A stretch of DNA of 42,290 bases, counting the filler, from Candidatus Woesearchaeota archaeon (lineage in GTDB: Archaea > Nanobdellota > Nanobdellia > Woesearchaeales > BM511): NCBI GenBank assembly GCA_023266675.1. It is 3 parts of 3 records of this genome, joined end to end, with 100 filler letters (N's around TTAATTAATTAA, not from the genome) between each part and the next. Parts side by side here need not be neighbours in the genome. Positions count along the whole stretch, not along the records: positions 14,504 to 28,376 come from JAHFPP010000037.1; positions 28,477 to 42,290 come from JAHFPP010000038.1; 1 more part is not named here. One strand, written 5' to 3'. The position numbers were made by a program, and so were the translations under genes. The notes under the pieces were generated by a model that made no database searches, was not told where the DNA came from, and saw nothing but the letters and a program-made list of their open reading frames with translations. Positions 19,126-29,045 of this stretch are shown here, piece by piece (the stretch's first letter is position 1; every line of letters starts with the position of its first letter).

Positions 19126-19959
19126 TTATTTAAAGAATAAATGCGCATTAATCTTTGCCTTTTCCATTAAAGTTTCATAGGATGGTATGATTACTGAAGG
19201 AGAAGTACCTTTAAGAGATACGTATTCATCATAAAATGAGCGTGTTATAATATCTAATTGTTGTATTCTTTTATCCCTATATCCTTCTGACTGTTTTTCT
19301 TCTTCCTGCGTTTGTATCTTCGGGTTAACATAATCAACGTTTGCACCAATTACTCTTCTGCCATCAGCAATTGCGCGTAGTACAGGAATATTTATCGCAT
19401 CCCAACTATCACCGTATTTTCCGTCATAATCTAAAAAATAATCGGTCACGCCTCTATCCCATGATCTGGAACCCATAAAAACATCTAATTTGTATCCTGT
19501 TAGTTCATTAAAAAATGAATTTCCTATTGGTTCTGTCTCTTGCTGAAGTGTAGGGTATGACGTTAAATCTTTTCTTTTAGGAATTACTATCTCTCCTTCG
19601 CCATTAAGGATTGGTTTTGCAGTTTTTGCAATGTCATCTAAATAAGTGGTTTTTTCAGGTTCAGTCCATGCAATAATTTGTTTTCCTAAATCTTTTGCTA
19701 ATTGAAAAGCATGTCTTCTTTGGGCACCCATTTTAAATGTGGGAACATAATCTGTAATCGCGCCATAACCTTGAATTTCTCTTATGAACTTGTCATTTGG
19801 TCCGTTGTCAACAACAACTGTTGTATAACCCATTTCTATCGCCGATTTTATCATCTCTCTTGCAAGAAGTGTTCTAAAATTATTTGGGTCAGGATGATGC
19901 GTTCCGGTAACTAAAACTGTGTGTTCTATAGTTTCTCTTTTATCATCTTTTATTGCCAT
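19126..19959 (-). CDS. glycosyltransferase-like (GT-A fold) protein
   Basis: VVVDNG, MGAQRRHA, IAWTEPEK in place of DxD, IVIPKR. Confidence 0.6.
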   Translation of the reverse strand: MAIKDDKRETIEHTVLVTGTHHPDPNNFRTLLAREMIKSAIEMGYTTVVVDNGPNDKFIREIQGYGAITDYVPTFKMGAQRRHAFQLAKDLGKQIIAWTEPEKTTYLDDIAKTAKPILNGEGEIVIPKRKDLTSYPTLQQETEPIGNSFFNELTGYKLDVFMGSRSWDRGVTDYFLDYDGKYGDSWDAINIPVLRAIADGRRVIGANVDYVNPKIQTQEEEKQSEGYRDKRIQQLDIITRSFYDEYVSLKGTSPSVIIPSYETLMEKAKINAHLFFK

Positions 19960-20102
19960 ACTGCCTTGTAATAATCAGTGGTTTATAAATGTTTCTATAA
20001 ATTTACTACTATTAAGTTAATAAATTATCTTTTTTTAAATTGATATTAACTACTACTCGTTTATTGTTTAACTTAATAGAAAACAAAATCTAGACTTAAC
20101 CT

Positions 20103-20840
20103 TTATTCGGATTTAAGTTCTTCTGCTCTTCCTTTTTTTATAAGAATGTCTGCTATTTCATTTGGAAGGCTTGCCATATCATCAGGGTTAAAAGGGCCGT
20201 AGACTTCAAGCTCTTTTCCCATGAATTTAGGTATCTGTGAGAGTATTCTTAGTGTTTTTGTGTTTTTATTTGCGCCTGTATTTATCTGAAGAAAATGGCT
20301 TTCTTTTTCACGGTCGTCTTCACGTTTTTGGTCTTCAAGTGCCTCTTTTTTGTCTTTTATTTCCTTGCTTTGAAAGTTTTGAAATGAAGCGGTGTTTGCC
20401 TGTGAAAATGATCTATCACTAATCATTTTGCTAAGGATATAGTTTCTGTATTCTGAGAACGTGTCGGTTAATTTGTGGAAGAATTCTTTTTCATCATGAA
20501 GCATTGCGCTTGTGTCTGTTATTGCTGACGCGGTCCTTACTTTGTTTAGTGCAAGTATTATTATTTTTTTCTCTCTTCGTTCAAATAACTCCGTTATCAT
20601 TTTTTTTGTATTTGAAACCTGTTTCATGGTTTTTTCGCTGTCAAGGTCAGAAAATGAGCTTGAAGAGTGAGTTAATAACGAATTGTTTTTCTCTTGAAGG
20701 TATAGCTGAATATCTTGATAGAATGTTTCGTTTAGTTTTTGGAGTTCGTCGCGGTTTTTCTCACGTCTTAACAGCTCAAATATTGTCTCATACGTGATAT
20801 TGATTGTGTTTCCACTTTCACCGTTATTATTGTCCCCCAT
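20103..20840 (-). CDS. GINS complex subunit (Gins51-type)
   Basis: ITYETI...EKNRDELQKLNETFY, RREKKII, C-terminal B domain IPKFMG...YGPF...LPNEIADILIKKGRAE. Confidence 0.9.
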   Translation of the reverse strand: MGDNNNGESGNTINITYETIFELLRREKNRDELQKLNETFYQDIQLYLQEKNNSLLTHSSSSFSDLDSEKTMKQVSNTKKMITELFERREKKIIILALNKVRTASAITDTSAMLHDEKEFFHKLTDTFSEYRNYILSKMISDRSFSQANTASFQNFQSKEIKDKKEALEDQKREDDREKESHFLQINTGANKNTKTLRILSQIPKFMGKELEVYGPFNPDDMASLPNEIADILIKKGRAEELKSE

Positions 20841-20954
20841 AAAATTGATGTAAAACAGATTATTTATAAATCTTTTTGGTTGAGGTTATCGGATATGTTA
20901 AGTTAACTCCTGTTAAGGCAATTATTTATAAACATTATTGAAACCCTAAAAGGT

Positions 20955-22148
20955 ATGGTACTGCTTGAATTCAAGGATTTGGAGTTTATTGATGAGAAAG
21001 AAAGGGTTAAGATTCTCTTTTTAAGACACTTTTATTTTTACATAGATAAAGTCACACTCTTAAAGATTGGTCCGTTAAAAGTGCATAAGCATGCGCTTGA
21101 GTTTGATTCCAGCGAGAAACGGGCGTTAAAATTTTATGAATTGCTTGATTATGGGCTTAATAATCTTAAAAACAAGATTACAGGAAAGCCAACTGTTTAT
21201 CTGCATAAGGGGTGCGGCATCCCTTTAATTGGAAACGGTTCTTTTGGCATAGTTGACCGTGGCTCAAACCTTATTGAAATTAAGCCTGTCTGTGGATGCA
21301 ATATCTCCTGCATCTACTGTTCTGTTGACCAGGATAAGCGTGGTGTTGATTTTGTGATTGAGAAAGATTACCTTGTGCAGGAGCTTAGGAAAGTTGTTGC
21401 CATAAAGAAAAACGAAGTTGAAATTCACATAGGGTGCCATGGAGAACCATTATTATATGCACCGCTTAGTGAGCTTATAGCTTCGGTTAGGGAGATACCG
21501 AACGTTGTAAGGGTTTCTATGGATACAAATGCAACACTTATAACTAAAGACGTTGCAGACTCACTCATCAATTCTGGTATGACAAGGTTTAACATCTCAA
21601 TAAACGCGTCTAGTGACGAGAATGCTGTAAAAATCGCAGGCGGTCCTTATTCTTTAAAGCATGTTATGAATATTGCTGAATATATTTCTAAAAAAAATGT
21701 TTCTTTGACTATTGCGCCTGTATGGCTTAAAGGAATCAATGACTCTGATATTGAAGAACTTGTTAAGTTTGGCAAACGAATAGGCGCTGATATAGGCATT
21801 CAGAATTTCCTTGGCTACCAATTCGGGAAAAACCCGGTAAAAGAAGTGCCTATGGAAGATTTTATTGAAAACCTTAAAGCGCTTGAAAAAAAATATGACG
21901 TTAAGCTTGTTTTGAAAGCTTCGGATTTTAGCATAAAAGATGATGTTTTATACCCAAAAGTTTTTGACAAAGGTGAAGTTGTTGAAGCGACATTGGTTTG
22001 TGTTGGACGTTTTCCCGGTGAAAAAATTGGCGTTGCAAAAGACAGAACGATATCTGTTTTTGAATGCAACAAAGCTATTGGTTCAAGGGTTAAAATTAAG
22101 CTTACACGTTCAAAGCACAATATCTATTCTGGAAGCTTGGTAAGATAG
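20955..22148 (+). CDS. radical SAM protein with C-terminal TRAM-like domain
   Basis: CNISCIYC, GEPLLY, TNA; C-terminal beta domain ...IGSRVKIKLTRSKHNIYSG. Confidence 0.9.
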   Translation: MVLLEFKDLEFIDEKERVKILFLRHFYFYIDKVTLLKIGPLKVHKHALEFDSSEKRALKFYELLDYGLNNLKNKITGKPTVYLHKGCGIPLIGNGSFGIVDRGSNLIEIKPVCGCNISCIYCSVDQDKRGVDFVIEKDYLVQELRKVVAIKKNEVEIHIGCHGEPLLYAPLSELIASVREIPNVVRVSMDTNATLITKDVADSLINSGMTRFNISINASSDENAVKIAGGPYSLKHVMNIAEYISKKNVSLTIAPVWLKGINDSDIEELVKFGKRIGADIGIQNFLGYQFGKNPVKEVPMEDFIENLKALEKKYDVKLVLKASDFSIKDDVLYPKVFDKGEVVEATLVCVGRFPGEKIGVAKDRTISVFECNKAIGSRVKIKLTRSKHNIYSGSLVR

Positions 22149-22162
22149 ATTGGAGTTAAGGT

Positions 22163-22504
22163 TTACTTTGTTGAACTATCTTTTTCTTTTTTAATTAATT
22201 CTATTACTACCCTTTTTAATCTTGGAAGTTTGTTTGATATTATCTCAAGAATTATGTCTTTATCAATTCCAAAATATGCATGGGTGATAATATCTCTGAT
22301 TCCTATAATCCTCTTCCATTCAATATCTTTATATTCCTCTTTTAACTCTGGAGAAATACTCTTTACTGCTTCACCTATTGTCTCAAGATTTCTTAATATA
22401 GCATCAAATGCCATATCATCTTTCTTTAAATCATGCAGAGAATATCTTTCTATTTTTTTGATAGAAGAGAGTATGTCTTCAAGAAATAATTCATACTTTC
22501 GCAT
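22163..22504 (-). CDS. HEPN (HepT/DUF86) ribonuclease toxin
   Basis: DAILRNLETIGEA, W..IIGIRDIITHAYFGID (R-X4-H-X-Y). Confidence 0.93.
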   Translation of the reverse strand: MRKYELFLEDILSSIKKIERYSLHDLKKDDMAFDAILRNLETIGEAVKSISPELKEEYKDIEWKRIIGIRDIITHAYFGIDKDIILEIISNKLPRLKRVVIELIKKEKDSSTK

Positions 22505-22787
22505 AAATGGCCTCGTTTTTTACATATCTTAATGCAGGTTTTAGGTCTTCCTCCATTACAAGGTCAACCTTTCTTCTAAATTTACCCTCTAATAGAAACT
22601 TTAAATCCATATAATTATCAAAAGTCTTATTCTTGAAAACAACTAAGAAATCCAAATCACTTCCTCTTTTCTGTTCTCCTTTGGAGTATGAACCAAATAA
22701 ACCTATTTTCTTAACACTTAATGCTGTTAACTTATCCTTATTCTTCTCAAGATTCAGTATAATTACTTTAGATGTCAGTTTAGCCAT
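22491..22787 (-). CDS. minimal nucleotidyltransferase (MNT) antitoxin
   Basis: GLFGSYSKGEQKRGSDLDFLV (GS-X10-DXD), RKVDLV; overlaps the HEPN gene. Confidence 0.93.
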   Translation of the reverse strand: MAKLTSKVIILNLEKNKDKLTALSVKKIGLFGSYSKGEQKRGSDLDFLVVFKNKTFDNYMDLKFLLEGKFRRKVDLVMEEDLKPALRYVKNEAIYAKV

Positions 22788-22870
22788 AATAATATTAAGA
22801 TGTGCTTCTTTAAATAATTAATTGTTTTAGAAGAATAGAAAAAGAAAAAAATAAAAAATGTTTAAGTTGT

Positions 22871-24976
22871 TTACTTAAACTTAGGCATCTTTGAATTTAC
22901 TGTTGTCAAAGCTGCGCTTGATTTGGTTGGTAGAACTTCGTTTATTAAAGCTCTTGTTGCGCCTTGTGTATCAGCTGCTGAGTATCCAGCGACTAATAGT
23001 GCAACTTTTCCACTGTCGTCAAACATTGATAATTTAGCTTCGCCTTCAACAAATCCTTCAACGCAGTTTGCTGGGTTTCCTGCTAGTCTAGCTGCGACTG
23101 TGTTTACACATGGTCCACCTACAACTATTAGGTTAGCTGATCCTGCTGCTGGTGCATTGCTGTCTAGGACACCAAAGTCTACTCCGATTGGGTTTACTTT
23201 GTCTGTTGTTACAGATCCTGATGCGCTGCTCTGTGCTGATCCGCCGTTGCCCATTACAACAACATTAGCTTTGTAGTCTGATGTTTTGACTGGTACACTG
23301 AAGTGGTACTCGTCTGCTGAATCAGAGTCTTTGTATGAAGCTAATACAACACCTTCTGCTGTTCTTGTTGCTTTTTCCCATCCTGAGATGTCTCGTGCAC
23401 CAACTAATACATCGTTTGCAACAGTTGTGTCTGAGTCAGATTCTCCAACATAGTCAAAGTTGTTTGATGTTGTTTCTGTGTTGTAGGTTACGTTTGATGC
23501 TAATCTTAACGTCCAGTCAGCACTTGCTCCAAATGCACCTAGTGTTGCATCAACATTTATTGTTGTATCTTTGTATTCAATACTAAACAAATTGTTTGTT
23601 GTTGTTGCGTTTGCAGCTGATTTTGTTGTTCTTTTGATTTTGCTGTCAGATTTGTCTTTCCAGTACATATCAACTTTTCCAACTGAGGAGTTATAATATC
23701 CATACACTTTGTCTGTTTTGTGGCTGTCTATTAAAAATCCGTCGTCATTGCCGCCTTTTGATTCAAAGACTAACACGTGTGCTGAATCTGTTATTGAATT
23801 GTCGCCTGTTGAATCCTTTAAGTCTACAACATCTGTCATTATTGTGTAATCCTGCATTGTTGATGCCTGATTCATACTGTCAAGATAGACTGATGCATAT
23901 CCATTTGGCAAATCAAGTTTGTCGCCAGCGTATAAGACTTCGTCGTAGTTGTCAAGCAAATGGTTGTTGTCTACTCCAAGTACTGGTGTTGTTCCTGTTA
24001 GGCCTGATAGTACCCATACCCAAGCTGGATCGTCTTTGTTTTCGCCGATGTATTCATCGTCGTTTTGGTATGTCTTTGAGACGTCTTCGCCTATGATTAA
24101 GGTTGCTGAGTCGTACTGTGTTCCGTCATCGTTGAATACTGTGTCAACTTTTACTCGTAGTCCACCTGATGTTTTTGTGTTTCCTGTACTAATTGTTAAT
24201 ACTGTACCGTCAACATCTACTACTGCGCTGTCTGCACCGCATTTTACTAGTTTAACAGTGTGTGTTCCTACTTTTACTGAGTCTCCAGCGTTTAGTACTT
24301 CTGTCTGACCTATTTCAACAGTTATTGATGTTGCTGTTGCGCCTGTTATCTTTAGGTTTTTTCCTAGGAAGTCTATTTCTACTGGGTCGTCACTTGTTGC
24401 GTTTGAGATAAAGTGTCCGTTGTTTAATGCGTCAGTAAATGTGTATCTGTATCTTACTGAGTCTTTTGGAACTTCTAAAAATACTTTGTCTTCAAACTTT
24501 TCGTCTGGGCTTGTTGATGTTAATCCTGTTTCAACTGAAACTGTTGATACGTTTATTGTTTCTTTTGCATCAAAATCTTCAGCGTCTGCGTTGATGTCGA
24601 TTGATACTGTTCCGTCAAATAATGCTTTGATGTCAGAGTTGTCAAGTACGCCAAATTCAGAGCTTAAGTCTGAATCAACATTTGATTCTTCTGTTTTTCC
24701 ACCAGATACTGATACTGCATTTCCGCCGGTTGAGATTGTTGTTTTGCTTACAGCTTTTGACTGTAGGTCTGCTGCAATGTCTATTGCGCCTACTACGTCT
24801 GAAACCATAGCTTTTTCTCCTACTACTATTTTAGCATTTACTTTTCCGTCTTTGATAAAAGCGGATGGGTAATCGCTAACGTTGCTTGTTGCTGAAGCTC
24901 CTAGTATTGTTGCGCCTAACATTAATGCGCCTGTTCCTAGTGCCACTGCTTTTTTTATTGTTTGCCTTATTTTCAT
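22871..24976 (-). CDS. S-layer protein
   Basis: Signal peptide; IVVGEKAMVSDVVGAIDIA (S-layer N domain); NLIVVGGPCVN and LLVAGYSAADT (S-layer C domain); Asp/Thr/Ser-rich with N-x-S/T sequons. Confidence 0.9.
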   Translation of the reverse strand: MKIRQTIKKAVALGTGALMLGATILGASATSNVSDYPSAFIKDGKVNAKIVVGEKAMVSDVVGAIDIAADLQSKAVSKTTISTGGNAVSVSGGKTEESNVDSDLSSEFGVLDNSDIKALFDGTVSIDINADAEDFDAKETINVSTVSVETGLTSTSPDEKFEDKVFLEVPKDSVRYRYTFTDALNNGHFISNATSDDPVEIDFLGKNLKITGATATSITVEIGQTEVLNAGDSVKVGTHTVKLVKCGADSAVVDVDGTVLTISTGNTKTSGGLRVKVDTVFNDDGTQYDSATLIIGEDVSKTYQNDDEYIGENKDDPAWVWVLSGLTGTTPVLGVDNNHLLDNYDEVLYAGDKLDLPNGYASVYLDSMNQASTMQDYTIMTDVVDLKDSTGDNSITDSAHVLVFESKGGNDDGFLIDSHKTDKVYGYYNSSVGKVDMYWKDKSDSKIKRTTKSAANATTTNNLFSIEYKDTTINVDATLGAFGASADWTLRLASNVTYNTETTSNNFDYVGESDSDTTVANDVLVGARDISGWEKATRTAEGVVLASYKDSDSADEYHFSVPVKTSDYKANVVVMGNGGSAQSSASGSVTTDKVNPIGVDFGVLDSNAPAAGSANLIVVGGPCVNTVAARLAGNPANCVEGFVEGEAKLSMFDDSGKVALLVAGYSAADTQGATRALINEVLPTKSSAALTTVNSKMPKFK

Positions 24977-25163
24977 TCCTTAACACCTCCGTGTTAAATC
25001 TCTTTAAAGACATACCCTGATTTTTTTGGGTCATGTCAAAACATGCTGGCGATTTTGCCAAGCATGCTATAGGCTTTACCTCTTTAGGCAATATGCTTTC
25101 TTTGCAGTTTTCGTCGTCACTTCGGTTTTTTCAAACCGCTTGAATAGCTGTAAACTGCCAAGA
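24977..25163 (-). promoter_or_regulatory. structured 5' leader of the S-layer gene
   Basis: Four consecutive stem-loop units between the inferred transcription start and the ATG. Confidence 0.6.
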
Positions 25164-25185
25164 TTACATAAGATTTGAGTTTTGC

Positions 25186-25200
25186 TTTATAAACCTTTCG
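25186..25200 (-). promoter_or_regulatory. BRE-TATA promoter of the S-layer gene
   Basis: Minus strand reads CGAAAGG-TTTATAAA, matching the archaeal consensus. Confidence 0.7.
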
Positions 25201-25500
25201 TAAATATTTATTTGTAATTTTTATAAACATGCTTATCAAAGGCTAAAACCTTTGATAACTGCACTCTTGGATGTTTGTAACTTTGCAATAATAACGAAGC
25301 CTTTTTTGGGTTTTTACATGATTATTTATAAACCAGGATTAATGCTTTTTAAATAAAACAGATTAATCCTACTTGTTTAGTTAATATTTACTTATACGGC
25401 TTAATACAAGTCTGGCATAATGCCTATATATAATCATACCTAATTATAAGAATATCTAATTTAGTTAAGATTTAAATAGTTGTGTTAAACACTTTTTTAT

Positions 25501-26169
25501 ATGATAAAGGCTGTAATTTTTGATTTGGATAATACGCTCATTGATTTTATGAAGATGAAGCGTATTGCATGCGAGCAGGCAATTGATGCCATGATAGACT
25601 CCGGACTTACGCTTAACAAGAAAGAAGCGCTTGAAAAATTGTATAAGATATATTTTAAGGAGGGGCTTGAAGACCCAAACATATTTCAGAAATTCTTGAA
25701 AAAGACAACTGGTGACGTTGATTACAGAAAGCTTTCTCACGGGATAGTCGCGTATAGGGATGCACGGACGGGTTTTCTAAAGCCGTATCCTGGCACAAAG
25801 AAGATACTTACATCATTAAAAGATAGGGGTTTAAAGCTTGCGATTGTTTCAGACGCTCCAAAAATCAAGGCATGGATTAGGCTTGTTAATATGGGTATTG
25901 ATGACTTATTTGATATTGTTGTTGCATATGAAGACACTGGCAGGCGAAAACCTTCATCACTGCCTTTCAAGTTTGCATTAAAAAAGTTAAAGCTTAAGCC
26001 TGAAGAATGCCTGATGGTTGGCGACATGCCTCATCGTGATATGAAAGGAGCAAAGAGGATTGGGATAAAAACTTGTTTTGCAAAGTATGGTTATGAAGGC
26101 AAAACTAAAGTTGAGACTGACTACTCAATTGATAATATTGATGAGCTTCTTGATATCTTAAAGAAATAA
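25501..26169 (+). CDS. HAD-superfamily hydrolase
   Basis: FDLDNTL, IVSD, KP, MVGDMPHRDMKGA. Confidence 0.93.
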   Translation: MIKAVIFDLDNTLIDFMKMKRIACEQAIDAMIDSGLTLNKKEALEKLYKIYFKEGLEDPNIFQKFLKKTTGDVDYRKLSHGIVAYRDARTGFLKPYPGTKKILTSLKDRGLKLAIVSDAPKIKAWIRLVNMGIDDLFDIVVAYEDTGRRKPSSLPFKFALKKLKLKPEECLMVGDMPHRDMKGAKRIGIKTCFAKYGYEGKTKVETDYSIDNIDELLDILKK

Positions 26170-26174
26170 CTTTT

Positions 26175-27236
26175 TTAATTATTCGCCTTTCTTAGTGTTA
26201 TCTCAACTATTTCTGGTGTTGTTAAAAACCTCATTGGTGGTCCCCATGTGCCTGCGCCGCTTGATGTATATATATAGGTGTTATTTACTTTGTAAAGTCC
26301 GTATATATATTTGAAGCTTGTTTTTACTAGAAGATTGAATGGGAAAATTTGTCCGTTATGGGTGTGTCCTGAAAGTTGCAAATCCACTCCTTCCAAAAGT
26401 ACTGGCCAATGGTATAACAGTATTTTTGGTTTTTTCTTGTCTATTCCTGACCAATTGATTTTTACGCTGCTTTGATTTAGTTCATTTTCGGGAAAGCTTA
26501 GTCCGATAAGCTGTATTCCTTTTACTTCTTTGAATTCATTTTGAAGAACCGTCACATTCATCTGTTCTATGTATTTTATCGCTTTCTCTTTTCCTAAATA
26601 GTTTTCATGGTTTCCTGTTACAAAATACGCCTTTGTCTTAAGGCCTTTTAGTGAGGAAATCATGTCCGGAGATAATCCGTCTGTGCCATCAAATAAGTCT
26701 CCTGTTATTACAACAATATCCGGTTTTAACTCATTTGTCTTGTCAACTAGTTTCTTAAGAAAGTTATTGTCATTTATGCTTCCTATGTGTATGTCTGTCA
26801 GCTGAACTATCTTCATGCTCTCTTTTGGAAGATTATTTATTGGAACTTCAATTTTGGTTATCCTTATATTTTGGGAGTTGAATATTGAGTAAACGCATAT
26901 TACTAAAACAATAATAATAACTGCGACGCCTCCGGTTGTTTGGTTTATTTTTCCGCTAAGGGAAATTAAGTCTAATACTAAAAATCCGAAAAGAAGGAAG
27001 AATGCAACTCCAAGCCACGTTGCGCTTATAGCGTAAAATGCTCTTGTAAATATATTATTTGAGAGCCGTTCAATTATCATTGATGCTGGAAATGAGACTG
27101 CTAAAGTAATAAAGATTATCCAGAAGTGTTTTAAAAGAAATATCTTTGAAACTTTGATGTATATATAGTAATGCATAAGGGAGTATACTGAAAAAAAGAT
27201 AATAAAGAAAAGTGTGAATTGAATTATTTTTGACAT
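26175..27236 (-). CDS. membrane-anchored metallophosphoesterase
   Basis: N-terminal TM helices; DIH, GDLFD, GNHE, LLYH, GHTH motifs. Confidence 0.93.
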   Translation of the reverse strand: MSKIIQFTLFFIIFFSVYSLMHYYIYIKVSKIFLLKHFWIIFITLAVSFPASMIIERLSNNIFTRAFYAISATWLGVAFFLLFGFLVLDLISLSGKINQTTGGVAVIIIVLVICVYSIFNSQNIRITKIEVPINNLPKESMKIVQLTDIHIGSINDNNFLKKLVDKTNELKPDIVVITGDLFDGTDGLSPDMISSLKGLKTKAYFVTGNHENYLGKEKAIKYIEQMNVTVLQNEFKEVKGIQLIGLSFPENELNQSSVKINWSGIDKKKPKILLYHWPVLLEGVDLQLSGHTHNGQIFPFNLLVKTSFKYIYGLYKVNNTYIYTSSGAGTWGPPMRFLTTPEIVEITLRKANN

Positions 27237-27357
27237 TCTTTTGGGAAATAAGAATTATTTATAATGGTTTACCTGTATTGTATAGTGGCAGTTTTGGAAA
27301 TGATTTTAAGGGAATATTCCCAAATCATCCTATTATTCTTATTAGTTTATGTTATTT

Positions 27358-27651
27358 TTATGATTTTATCTTCTTTGCATAGAACGGCGCGATTACTGAG
27401 AGTATAATTCCTATGCTTCCAATTGACATCAAACTTGTTATGCTGAGGTTATTTGAGAATATTGAAAGAAATATGTGCGCAATCAGGCTTAGGATTCCAA
27501 CTCCTGAACCTATTTTGATGAATACTGTTCCAATAAAAACTTTGTTTCTTCCTATTAATATGCCGCCAAGGATTACTGATATCCCTCCAAGTGATGCTAT
27601 CATTAAGAGTATTGTAAAAATTAGCATGATAACATAGTTGTAGAAGAGCAA
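27358..27651 (-). CDS. small integral membrane protein (start uncertain; frame stays open upstream to about 27820)
   Basis: Hydrophobic Gly-rich helices; the in-frame upstream extension encodes another TM-like segment. Confidence 0.55.
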   Translation of the reverse strand: MLFYNYVIMLIFTILLMIASLGGISVILGGILIGRNKVFIGTVFIKIGSGVGILSLIAHIFLSIFSNNLSITSLMSIGSIGIILSVIAPFYAKKIKS

Positions 27652-27904
27652 GTTTGCAACAAACGATTCTGTCTCTTTTACAAATCCAACCCCTGTTATT
27701 CCGGATATTAATAGTAATATTCCTGATATAATCGCTAGTCTTTTTGCTGTTTTGTTGTTTTTTCTTTGTGTATTATAGTATGATGCGTATGTTTTTATTG
27801 ATTGCGTAAAATTGAATGTATTCTATATTAATATATTAAAGATTAATATATTAAAGAAATATATTAAAGAAATGATTAAATAGTTGAGACATATACATAT
27901 CATA

Positions 27905-28376
27905 ATGGCTAAACGATTAAAGGTTGGACTCGCACTTGGATCAGGTGCTGCAAGGGGACTTGCACATATCGGAGTAATAAACATTCTAAAAAAGAACAAT
28001 ATCAAAATAGATTATATTGCAGGCACAAGTGTTGGCGCAATGGTTGGGGCGTATTATGCGTTAAATTGTGAGCTAATTAAGTTTGAGGAAAAAGTTGTGG
28101 GGCTTACCAAATCAGGAGTGTTTAGACTTATTGATTTGACAACACCAAACCAATCAATCATAAAGGGTGTTAAAGTTAAAAGATTCCTTGAAGAATGTTA
28201 TGGTAATAAAACGTTTAATAATTTAAAGATTCCCTTGACTGTAATTACAACTGACTTATATTCTGGAGAGGAGTTTATAATAACGGATGGAAACTTAGTT
28301 GATGCTGTTATGGCAAGTATTAGTGTTCCGGGAGTTTTTCCTCCGCAAAAACTTAAAAGAAGATACCTCGTTGATG
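27905..28376 (+). CDS. patatin-like phospholipase, 3'-truncated by contig end
   Basis: LALGSGAARG, GTSVG nucleophile elbow, ASISVPGVF, LVD(G) at the break. Confidence 0.92.
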
Positions 28377-28476
28377 NNNNNNNNNNNNNNNNNNNNNNNN
28401 NNNNNNNNNNNNNNNNNNNNTTAATTAATTAANNNNNNNNNNNNNNNNNNNNNNNNNNNNNNNNNNNNNNNNNNNN
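28377..28476. other. artificial contig spacer
   Basis: 100 nt: N44-TTAATTAATTAA-N44. Confidence 0.95.
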
Positions 28477-28477
28477 A

Positions 28478-28975
28478 GTTGTAAACCAGTTGCTTACAGA
28501 AATTGACGGCCTTGTTGAAATGCATGACGTCGTTATAATTGGGGCAACAAACAGACCTGACATACTTGATACAGCACTGCTTCGACCAGGACGTTTTGAC
28601 AGGATAATACTTGCAGGTGTACCTGACGAAAAGAACAGATTAAAGATATTTAATATTCATACAAAGAATATGCCGCTTGATAAAGATGTTAATTTAAATG
28701 AGCTTGCAAAGAAAACTGAAGGTTATGTTGGCGCAGACATACAGGCAATATGCAGGGAAGCAGCAATATTCACATTGCGAAAAGAGGAGCTAGTAAAAGA
28801 GAAAGAAGTAAGGGATGACATAAAGATAAGCATGTCAAGCTTTGAAGAAGCATTAAAGAAAGTTAGACCATCAGTATCACGAGACGTTGAAGAGATGTAC
28901 AAAACAATGAAAGACCAGTTCTCAGCTGCGAAATCAAAAGAAATGCTTGCAGACAAACCTAATTATTACGGATAG
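28478..28975 (+). CDS. CDC48/VCP-family AAA+ ATPase, C-terminal fragment
   Basis: VVNQLLTEIDG, GATNRPDILDTALLRPGRFD, GYVGADI, KVRPSV, C-terminal YYG (HbYX). Confidence 0.92.
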   Translation, partial: VVNQLLTEIDGLVEMHDVVIIGATNRPDILDTALLRPGRFDRIILAGVPDEKNRLKIFNIHTKNMPLDKDVNLNELAKKTEGYVGADIQAICREAAIFTLRKEELVKEKEVRDDIKISMSSFEEALKKVRPSVSRDVEEMYKTMKDQFSAAKSKEMLADKPNYYG

Positions 28976-29045
28976 CTTGTATTATAATTTAAATTCTTAG
29001 AAATTATTTAAAAATATTAAAATAAAAAAAATATTAAAAGTAAAA

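Noticed and set aside
24876..25091. 71-aa minus-strand ORF in the S-layer leader
   Set aside because: Overlaps the S-layer gene out of frame, has a TTG start, and the region is better explained by RNA structure.
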